In this document: positions 56,811 to 64,000 of the stretch, piece by piece | Numbering within the stretch: position 1 is the stretch's first letter | How the letters are laid out: every line of letters starts with the position of its first letter | Origin: Opitutia bacterium | Lineage (GTDB): Bacteria > Verrucomicrobiota > Verrucomicrobiia > Opitutales > Opitutaceae | DNA length: 64,000 nt | Assembly: GCA_947474935.1 (NCBI GenBank) | Contig: CANJKL010000003.1 | Coordinates: forward strand, 13,963 to 77,962 | Reading direction: 5' to 3' | Notes under the pieces: generated by a model | Told to the model about the DNA's origin: nothing | Database searches by the model: none | Seen by the model: the letters and a program-made list of their open reading frames with translations, nothing else | Position numbers and translations under genes: made by a program

Positions 56811-59765
56811 CTACAGTACCCGGGCCCATTCCGGCGCGTTCAGCAGCGCCCAGACCACATCCTCGAAGCGCTGCCGCCAGCCGGCCTCCAGCCGCGCCGT
56901 GGGCGGATCGCCGCGCCGGGCGGCGGCCTCTTCCTCCAGTCGCAGCGAGTTCGCCGCGCTCTTCATGTGATTCGACCAGGCGACATATTTCCGGTGCCCG
57001 GCTGGCGCGGCAAGCGTATCGATCTTCGGCGCAACCACGCGCGTCACGTAGCCCGGCTGCAACGCCCCAGTGTAGATCTTGTTTTCCTCGGCCGTGGGGT
57101 GTCGGGTGAAGAAGCGCAGGAACAGCCGGTCGACGAAGCGGTCGAGCGGCTGGTTTTCCAGGGCGAACTGCGTCAGCCCGTGGTCGTCGCTGAGCCGCGT
57201 GAGCCACGTCATCATCGTGCCGTTGGCGAGCAGCGCGGGCTGGAGCACGTTGGCGTCGGCGTCGCGGATGCCGCTGGCGGCATCCGGCCGGGCGCCGCGC
57301 CAGCCGAAAACTTCCAAGACTTCCGCGACCGCCTGAATCCGCGGCAGCATGAGGCTCGGGCGATCGCGCTCGTTGGAGGTGGAGGCGAGCATCCACGCCC
57401 GCCGGGCGCGGCCGAGATCGAGCGCGTTGTCGATCGGGCGGACGCTGTCGACGTCGATGTTGACCGGTTCGACCGTGAAGGGCTTGCCCGTCGCGGCGAA
57501 CAACGAGTCGACGAGTTGCTCCGCCTCGATCCGGCGCGGCGCGGGCGCGGCGAAGAGCGGCCCGGTTTCGCCGAGCGTGGGATCGACGGCGCGCTGGTAG
57601 GCGTGCGAGGTGAGGATCAGCCGCGTGACCGCCTTTTGGTCGTAGCCCGAGCGAACGAACTCGCGCGCCAGCCAGCGCAGCAATTCCGGATGCGTGGGGG
57701 TGGATTTCTCCCAGTCGCCGATGGTTTCGACCAGTCCCCGCCCCATGAAGCGTTGCCAGATGCGGTTTACCATGACCGCGGCGAAGCGCTCGTTTTGGGG
57801 CGCCGTGATCGCCGCGGCCAGCCGGTCGCGCGGATCGTCGGGATGTTCCGCGAGAGTGGCCGCGGCGCGCTCGTCGCCGAACTGGGGGAACGGCCAGGCC
57901 GGGGCGACGACGGTGCCCGGCTGGAGCGTGACCTCGATGAGCGGCTCGCGTCCGCCGAGGCGCAGGTGGTCGAGCGATACGCTGCTGGTCGCCGGCACGG
58001 TGATCGGTTTGGTCTGCAGCATCGCGGCGAGTTGAAAGAGTTCCTGCTGCTTCGCGGCGTGCGTCGGCGCATCGTGGCAGCGGGCGCATTTCATTTCGAG
58101 GCCGAGGAACGCGGAGCCGACGATGATGCCCTTCGCGGCCATCGGCACATCGTTCTGCGACGCCACGCCAAATCCCGCCGGTCCGCCGAAGCGCTCGCTG
58201 CCCTCCTGCCGGATGAGCTCCGTCGCGAAGAGGTCGAGCGGCTTGTTGTCGCGGAGCGATTCGTAGATCCACCAGCGAAACGGCCCGGTGTTGTTCAGCG
58301 TGGGGTTGATCAGGTTTGGATTCTCCGCGAGCACGTCGAGCCAGTAGCCCATCTGGTGATCGGCCCAGCGTGGGTCGGCGAGCAGCCGGTCGATCAGCCG
58401 CGTACGGCGGTCGGCGGAGCGGTCGGCGAAGAAGGCGGCGATCTCGGCTTCGCCGGGGGTGATGCCGACGGTGTCGAGGGTGACGCGGCGCAGGAACGTC
58501 AGGTCGTCGGTGAGCGGCGTGAGCTTGAAATTGCCAAAGGCGAAATCCGGCCACGCGGCGCCTTCCTCGATCCAGCGTTTGAGCAATGCGATCTCCTGGG
58601 GCGCCAGCCGGTCGCCTTTGGCGGGCATCGCTTCGTCCGCATCGTCGCTGGTGATGCGCTTGAAGAGCGCGCTCTCGGCGGGCTTGCCCGGCATGATCGC
58701 CGGGCCGTCATCCTCGCCGCCGTGGAGCGCCGCACTGCGCAGGTCGAGCCGGAGCCCGCCTTTCACCTTCGCTCCTTGGTGGCAGCTATAGCAGCTGTTT
58801 TCGAGAATCGGTTTGATCTCCCGGTGAAAATCCACGCCGCCTTTCTTTTTCAACGGTTCGTAATCGGCCGAAACCTGGGCGATGCGGGCGGCGAGAAAAC
58901 GGTCGATCGCGTTGTGCGCGGGAAAGCCCTTCGGCAGCGCCGGCACGGCGACCTCGGGGGTCGCGGCCAGCCACGTGCGGGCGGCCTCGCGGCGGCGATT
59001 CCAATACGCGGCGGTGGCGCTGCGGCGGGCGGCGCGTGCCGCGGTGTTAATGGTGTCGAGCCGCGTGCGGCGTTCCGCTTCGTAAGCGGCCCACGCGGCA
59101 TCCGTATAGCGAACCTGCCGCGTTCCCGGCGACAGCAGCCGCCATTCGCCCGTGCCTTCGAGCGCGATCGCGACCACGGTCTCGCCAACTTCGGGGCGAA
59201 AGGGCTTCTTGCTCTTCGGCTCGATGCCGCCGACCAAGGTTTCGAGCACCACTTCGACGGCACGGCCGGAAAATGCGATCGTGTCGGACGCGTCGCGGTT
59301 GCCCGGAGGCGCGAAACGATAGCCGGGGCCGGGATCGAAAAAAGCATCCTGCTCCTCCATGGGCAGTTCGCCGCCGTTGCCCACCGCGTACTGCCGCGGC
59401 TGGTCGAACGGCGTCTCCAGGACTTTCTTGCCATCGATCAGCAGCCGCGTCGCCCCGCGGGCGCGCAGTAGGACGCGATGTTTGCCCGCGGGCAGCGTGA
59501 CGCGGGCGGTGGCACGCATGAGCGTGGGGAAAGCCCGGTCGGCGCGGACGCCGGTGGAAATGTATTTTTGCGGCAGCTCGAAGAATCCGAACAAATCCTC
59601 GGTGTAGGTTTCGGTCGCCGGGGGCGGAGTGAGTGGCCATGTCCCATCTTTGGGCAGTCCCGCCTCGCAGAGTTCAACCACCACCTGTCCGTCCGGCGGT
59701 ACCGCCGCGAGCGCGGTGGCGCGGAGGGCAAGCAGGCAGCAAAGCGTCAGGAAGCAGCGGGGCAT
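56811..59765 (-). CDS. Planctomycete cytochrome c + DUF1549 + DUF1553 multidomain protein
   Basis: Signal peptide; NAIDRFL; [28 protein letters not shown]; FLRRVTLD; KCARCHD; [16 protein letters not shown]; THPELL; [11 protein letters not shown]; LQPALLAN; WALLN. Confidence 0.88.
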   Translation of the reverse strand: MPRCFLTLCCLLALRATALAAVPPDGQVVVELCEAGLPKDGTWPLTPPPATETYTEDLFGFFELPQKYISTGVRADRAFPTLMRATARVTLPAGKHRVLLRARGATRLLIDGKKVLETPFDQPRQYAVGNGGELPMEEQDAFFDPGPGYRFAPPGNRDASDTIAFSGRAVEVVLETLVGGIEPKSKKPFRPEVGETVVAIALEGTGEWRLLSPGTRQVRYTDAAWAAYEAERRTRLDTINTAARAARRSATAAYWNRRREAARTWLAATPEVAVPALPKGFPAHNAIDRFLAARIAQVSADYEPLKKKGGVDFHREIKPILENSCYSCHQGAKVKGGLRLDLRSAALHGGEDDGPAIMPGKPAESALFKRITSDDADEAMPAKGDRLAPQEIALLKRWIEEGAAWPDFAFGNFKLTPLTDDLTFLRRVTLDTVGITPGEAEIAAFFADRSADRRTRLIDRLLADPRWADHQMGYWLDVLAENPNLINPTLNNTGPFRWWIYESLRDNKPLDLFATELIRQEGSERFGGPAGFGVASQNDVPMAAKGIIVGSAFLGLEMKCARCHDAPTHAAKQQELFQLAAMLQTKPITVPATSSVSLDHLRLGGREPLIEVTLQPGTVVAPAWPFPQFGDERAAATLAEHPDDPRDRLAAAITAPQNERFAAVMVNRIWQRFMGRGLVETIGDWEKSTPTHPELLRWLAREFVRSGYDQKAVTRLILTSHAYQRAVDPTLGETGPLFAAPAPRRIEAEQLVDSLFAATGKPFTVEPVNIDVDSVRPIDNALDLGRARRAWMLASTSNERDRPSLMLPRIQAVAEVLEVFGWRGARPDAASGIRDADANVLQPALLANGTMMTWLTRLSDDHGLTQFALENQPLDRFVDRLFLRFFTRHPTAEENKIYTGALQPGYVTRVVAPKIDTLAAPAGHRKYVAWSNHMKSAANSLRLEEEAAARRGDPPTARLEAGWRQRFEDVVWALLNAPEWARVL

Positions 59766-59966
59766 GGGGGGCGCAGACCGGAGGAGATCACCGATTCATG
59801 GTGGGTACACAATTTTTTCCGCACCGCTCAGCGCAAACCGGTAGAGCCCGGCCTAGTGACTCTCGACCAACCGGGAAAAAACCTCGTCGTGCATGGCGGC
59901 AGGGGCAGAGCGGGTTTCCAGGTCACGCGGCCCGAACCCGGGGAAAGCGGAGGGGCGCGACGGTGA

Positions 59967-60425
59967 GGCGGACGCGCGACGTTCGCCGAGGCCGGCGGGG
60001 GCGAAACCGCGTTCCTCTTCGAGGCCGACGGCAGCATCGTTGCAATCGGGCGCCACGGCGGCGGGAAGCAGGCCCAGCTGATCCGCGCCAGGCCGCCTTA
60101 CACTGAGTGGCAGCGCCAGTCCCTCGATCGTCCCATCGGCGGTCCGTTGCTCGCGAAGTGGGGCGACCGTTACCTCATCGGCGGGCGCAAGACCACGAAG
60201 GACCGGGGCCCGAAGACCTCGCTCTGCTGGCTCGTGGGCGATGCCTTGCTAGAGTTCGCCGAGTTTTCCAGCGGCGGGGGCAACTCCTATCCCGGTTTCG
60301 TCGCGCTTTCGCCGACGCGCGCTCTGGTGTCCTACTACTCCAGCCACGAAAAGGATGCCGCCGTGAGCGCTCCCGTCGGAAAGAGTGGTGCAATTTTCGG
60401 GGACTCGGTTCGAGTGGGCGCATGA
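59967..60425 (+). pseudogene. 5'-truncated fragment of a BNR/sialidase-like beta-propeller protein
   Basis: The frame is open from the stop at 59964-59966: ...GETAFLFEADGSIVAIGR...ARPPYTEW...IGGP...SGGGNSYPGF...VSYYSSHE. No start codon precedes the homologous-looking part; the stop overlaps the next ATG. Confidence 0.55.
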
Positions 60426-61303
60426 AGGTGCTGGTTGTTCATGCTCATTTTGACGATTTCGAATTCACCGCCGGCGGCACGTTCGAGCGGTGGCGGCGCA
60501 AGTTCGGCGCGGATTTCCGCGGCCGGGTGCTGGTGTGCACCAACGGTCAGGCGGGCCACCACTTCCGCACCCGGGAGGAAACCGGCCGGATGCGATGGGC
60601 GGAGCAGGAGGCTTCCGCGAAGATCGGCGGCTACGAATGCGAGCTGCTCCGGCTGCCGAACGGCGAGACGGTGCGGGAGGGGTTTCCGGGCCTGACGTTC
60701 GAGTTCATGGCGGCGCTGTGGAAGGCGATCCGCGAATTCGAACCGGACTATCTGCTTTGTCCGCCGCTGCCGGCTGACCCGCTCGCCGGGATTCACAGCG
60801 ACCATGTCAACGTGGCCGAGGCCGTCCGCCGGGTCGCCTACTTGATCAACGTGCCGCATGCATTCACCCCGGAATTTCCCGCCGACGAAACCGTGTCGCG
60901 GCCCTGTCGCACGCCCGTGATTCTCAACCTGTATGACGGCTACATGTTCGGGGCGAATTCCTACGACTTCGCGATCGATGTCGGCGAAGCGTGGGAAACG
61001 ATTGTCGCCATGACGTGGTGCCATCGGTCGCAGGTGGTCGAATGGCTGCCGTGGGTCGGCCGTCACCACCTGGCGCCCGCGGCGTCGGAGGCGGAATGGG
61101 CCGGGTCGCTGCGGCGCCGCTTCGAGCGGCAGAATCGCGGGTTGGGGATCGTTTCATCGCAGCCGATGGAGACTTTCCGGGTGACAGCGTGGGGCGCTAT
61201 TCCCGAATATGAGCAACTGCGGGCGGATTTTCCCGCGATGGTGTCCGAGCCGGCCAACGCCGAGGCGTTGCAGCGGCGGCTGGAATTATGGCGGCGCGGC
61301 TGA
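60422..61303 (+). CDS. PIG-L/LmbE-family deacetylase
   Basis: VLVVHAHFDD, CTNGQAG, HSDH, HRSQ; ATG 60422. Confidence 0.85.
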   Translation: MKVLVVHAHFDDFEFTAGGTFERWRRKFGADFRGRVLVCTNGQAGHHFRTREETGRMRWAEQEASAKIGGYECELLRLPNGETVREGFPGLTFEFMAALWKAIREFEPDYLLCPPLPADPLAGIHSDHVNVAEAVRRVAYLINVPHAFTPEFPADETVSRPCRTPVILNLYDGYMFGANSYDFAIDVGEAWETIVAMTWCHRSQVVEWLPWVGRHHLAPAASEAEWAGSLRRRFERQNRGLGIVSSQPMETFRVTAWGAIPEYEQLRADFPAMVSEPANAEALQRRLELWRRG

Positions 61304-61463
61304 ATCGTGGTCGATTGGGCCGGCAATTTGGTTTGCGCGGTCGGCAACGGGGGCCGGGCCTCGGCTGCAGGCGGGAAAATTTCATTTGGTTCCAGCGCCG
61401 GATTGCGCGTAATCGAACGAATCCGGCGTCTTGTTCCCCTTTAACCCTTCAACCCCACTTTTC

Positions 61464-62660
61464 ATGGCCTCCTTCTATCACGAACTCGGCGTGCGTCCGG
61501 TCATCAACGCGGCGGGCACGCTCACGCGACTCGGCGGATCGTTGATGCCGCCGGAAGTCGTCGAAGCCATGGTGCGTGCGGCCGGGCATTGCGTGCGCAT
61601 GGAGGACTTGCAGGACCGCGCCGGGGAGTTGATCGCCGAGGCGACGGGTGCGGAGTCCGGCTACGTCACCTGCGGCGCGGCGGCCGGGCTGATGCTCGGT
61701 ACGGCGGCGGCGGTGGCCGGGCTCGATATTCACAAGATGGAGCGCCTGCCCGACACGGCTGGTCTGAAAAATGAAGTCATCGTCCAGCGTCCGCATCGCA
61801 ACAGCTACGATCACGCGATCCGGGCCGTCGGCGTGAAACTGATCGAGGTCGGCTGGATGGGCCATCCGACGCCGCGGGCCGTGCAGGATTGGGAAATCGA
61901 GGCGGCTATCAACGAACGCACCGCGGCGATCTACTGGCCCGACATCCCTGCCACCGCGGCGATCACGGTTGGGCTGGAAGCGACGGTGAAGGTGGCGCAC
62001 CGGCATGGCGTGCCGGTGATCGTGGACGCCTCGGCCTCGCTGCCGCCGACGTCGAACCTGCGCGCGTTCACCGCGACGGGGGCCGACCTCGTCGCGTTCT
62101 CGGGCGGCAAGGCGCTGCGCGGCCCGCAGGCCTCGGGCATTCTCGCCGGGCGCCGCGACCTGATTCAGTCCGTGGCCTTGCAGCATCAGGACATGGACGT
62201 GCATCCTTCGACGTGGTCGTTGCGGAGCCGGTTGCTCGAATCGGGCAAGCTGCCCGGCCCGCCGCTCCAAGGCATCGGCCGCGGCCTGAAAGTGGGCAAG
62301 GAGGAGATCGCGGGACTATTAACGGCGCTGCGGGTGTTTCGCGCGCGCGACGAAGCGGCCGAGCTGGCCGGTTGGACGCAGCAATTGAACACGATCGTCG
62401 CGCTCGTGAGCGGATTGCCCGATGTCCGCGCGGAAATCTCCCGGCCGGCCGGCCGGTTCGTTCCTCTCCTCAAGGTCTCGTGGGATGAAACGAAACGGAA
62501 AACGACCGGGCCAGCCGTGATCAACGCGCTGGCGGACGGCGAGCCGTCCATCTGCGTGGGCGGCGATGGTGCCGGCGGGCAGATCGCGGTGAATCCGTTC
62601 AGCCTCAAGTCGGGCGAGGCGGAGATCGTCGGGCTTCGTTTGCGCGAATTGCTTTCGTGA
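61464..62660 (+). CDS. SelA-like/DgaE-family PLP-dependent enzyme
   Basis: LGVRPVINAAGTLTRLGGS, TCGAAAGL, NEVIVQ, VIVDASA, FSGGKALRGPQASG, GRGLKVGKEEI. Confidence 0.82.
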   Translation: MASFYHELGVRPVINAAGTLTRLGGSLMPPEVVEAMVRAAGHCVRMEDLQDRAGELIAEATGAESGYVTCGAAAGLMLGTAAAVAGLDIHKMERLPDTAGLKNEVIVQRPHRNSYDHAIRAVGVKLIEVGWMGHPTPRAVQDWEIEAAINERTAAIYWPDIPATAAITVGLEATVKVAHRHGVPVIVDASASLPPTSNLRAFTATGADLVAFSGGKALRGPQASGILAGRRDLIQSVALQHQDMDVHPSTWSLRSRLLESGKLPGPPLQGIGRGLKVGKEEIAGLLTALRVFRARDEAAELAGWTQQLNTIVALVSGLPDVRAEISRPAGRFVPLLKVSWDETKRKTTGPAVINALADGEPSICVGGDGAGGQIAVNPFSLKSGEAEIVGLRLRELLS

Positions 62661-62725
62661 ACGGGACGCGGGTCGGCCCGGGGTTTGGCGTTGCGGGCCG
62701 GTGCGGTCGGCGGCAGAGCGGTGGC

Positions 62726-63388
62726 ATGAAAATGCATGCGCTCGGTCTCCTGTTCGCCGGCGTGTTGTCCTCCAGCGCGATGGCCGCCGAGGCGGGCTGG
62801 CAGGCGTTGTTCAACGGCCGGGATCTGACGGGCTGGGTGGCGAATGCCGACCCGGGCGCCTTCACGGTGGTGGACGGCGCGATCAAGGCGCACGCGACCC
62901 ATCCCTCCAATCGCGGCCACCTTTTCTTCGTCGGCGACCGGAAGGAAGGCGAGGTGAAGTTCCGCAACTTCGAACTCGTGGCGGTCGTGCGCGGGGAGCC
63001 GAACGCAAATTCCGGTATTTTCTTCCACACCGACCGGGCGACCCGGGACGGCGTGCTTCACCTGCGCAACGGCTACGAGGTGCAGTTGAACAGCTCGCCG
63101 CAGGAAAAGCGCAAGACCGGGAGCCTCTACGCGATCGTCGATCTCGATAAATCGCCGGTGGACGAATCGAACTGGTTCACGACCCGGATTCGCGTCGAGG
63201 GCAAGCGCATCCAGGTTTGGATCAACGACACGCAGACGGTGGACTACGCGGAGCCGGAAAAACCGGTGCGCACCAAGGACCGGGTGGGCCGGCTGCTGCG
63301 GGCCGAAGGCGGGGCAATTGCGCTGCAGGCGCACGATGACGCGAGCACGTTTTATTTTCGGGAGATCCGGATCCGCCGGCTGCCGTGA
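62726..63388 (+). CDS. DUF1080 (3-keto-glycoside hydrolase-like) secreted protein
   Basis: Signal peptide, WQALFNGRDLTGW, NSGIFF, YEVQL, GSLY, GAIALQAHD, FREIRIR. Confidence 0.85.
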   Translation: MKMHALGLLFAGVLSSSAMAAEAGWQALFNGRDLTGWVANADPGAFTVVDGAIKAHATHPSNRGHLFFVGDRKEGEVKFRNFELVAVVRGEPNANSGIFFHTDRATRDGVLHLRNGYEVQLNSSPQEKRKTGSLYAIVDLDKSPVDESNWFTTRIRVEGKRIQVWINDTQTVDYAEPEKPVRTKDRVGRLLRAEGGAIALQAHDDASTFYFREIRIRRLP

Positions 63389-63513
63389 AGGGTCTGGGCC
63401 GGAGCGACCGAGAGATTCGGGGGAATTGAACTTGGGCCTGTAATCCGCTGGCGCCGCGTTTTTTTGACGGCACTGTCGCAATCAGGTGCGGCCTGACTGC
63501 GCCGGTCCACCGC

Positions 63514-64000
63514 GTGAGATTCATCCGACGTTTTCTGATCTTCCTGACTCTGGTAATCGCGCTGGCTGCCGTCCTGGTGGCCGCCGCCTTCATTCCCGCG
63601 ATCCAAACGTTGATCGCGGAACACGTCTTGGCCCGGTGCCCCGGACTGCGAGCGTCGGTGGGATCGTTGTCCGTGGGATTTTCAACGGTGCAGATCGTGG
63701 ACCTGCAACTGCAACGCGACGGGATCGTGCTTACGCTGCCGGCGATTGAAGCCGAAATTCCACTCAAGGCGGTGCTGTGGGATCGGAGAGTTCCGGTCCG
63801 AACTTTGGTCGCGAAAGGTTGGACGCTCGATTTGTCCGGGCGACCGGGCGGGGGTGACGAAAAGGCCCGCGGGGCCGTCGCCGTGCAGCCTGCTGACGGA
63901 GGCGGTCGTCCGGCGCCCGCCTCGCCGGAGATGTCAGCGGTGCAACAGGCGGTGAGTGGTGTTCTCGGGTTGCTGGATGGCGAGGTGCTGGCCTGCGATG
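63514..64000 (+). CDS. N-terminally anchored hypothetical protein (AsmA-like start), partial
   Basis: Open frame from GTG 63514 to the window end: MRFIRRFLIFLTLVIALAAVLVAAAFIP...; TM followed by beta-rich sequence. Not in the ORF track. Confidence 0.5.
   Translation, partial: MRFIRRFLIFLTLVIALAAVLVAAAFIPAIQTLIAEHVLARCPGLRASVGSLSVGFSTVQIVDLQLQRDGIVLTLPAIEAEIPLKAVLWDRRVPVRTLVAKGWTLDLSGRPGGGDEKARGAVAVQPADGGGRPAPASPEMSAVQQAVSGVLGLLDGEVLACD

Noticed and set aside
49931-59471. ORFs 49931..53350 and 56796..59471
   Set aside because: Antisense shadows of the CHASE kinase and the DUF1549/DUF1553 gene.
61464-62660. Selenocysteine synthase selA
   Set aside because: About 400 aa without a SelA N-terminal extension and no selB, selC or selD in the window; the context fits a catabolic paralog.

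Overview
GC-rich bacterial DNA whose gene content (alternative complex III, DUF1501 + DUF1549/DUF1553 pair, DUF1080, short EF-Ts) suggests a PVC-superphylum organism, probably Opitutaceae-like Verrucomicrobiota (inference, no search run). Left to right: (1) a REP-associated tyrosine transposase running off the left edge, missed by the ORF track, with three GTAG-type REP hairpins; (2) a minus-strand surface-glycan cluster (MTase-GT2, DegT aminotransferase, wzm without wzt, MTase, sulfotransferase, tandem MTase, GT9-GT2); (3) a TolC-MFP-ABC exporter; (4) an alternative complex III operon (actABCDEF plus an actG-like gene) preceded by a small Tat-like ORF and followed, translationally coupled, by a CcoN-like protein that has lost five of six metal-binding histidines and the catalytic Tyr, a CcoO-like cytochrome with His in place of the axial Met, and a membrane-anchored cytochrome c - the most striking feature; (5) housekeeping genes (hldD, proC, folD, rluB-like, flavodoxin-less cysJ-like, fabG-acpP-fabF) and a lytic transglycosylase with a premature stop; (6) an intact A1-type caa3 oxidase operon plus ctaG, with a divergent azurin-like lipoprotein; (7) rpsB-tsf and an initiator-type tRNA-Met followed by an about 9 kb IS5-bounded signalling region (CHASE-6xPAS kinase, two REC-kinases, an OmpR regulator, a broken NarL-type regulator); (8) a DUF1501/planctomycete-cytochrome pair and a PIG-L deacetylase / SelA-like PLP enzyme / DUF1080 locus. 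No rRNA or CRISPR array seen. Family assignments come from motif recognition by eye, not database searches.
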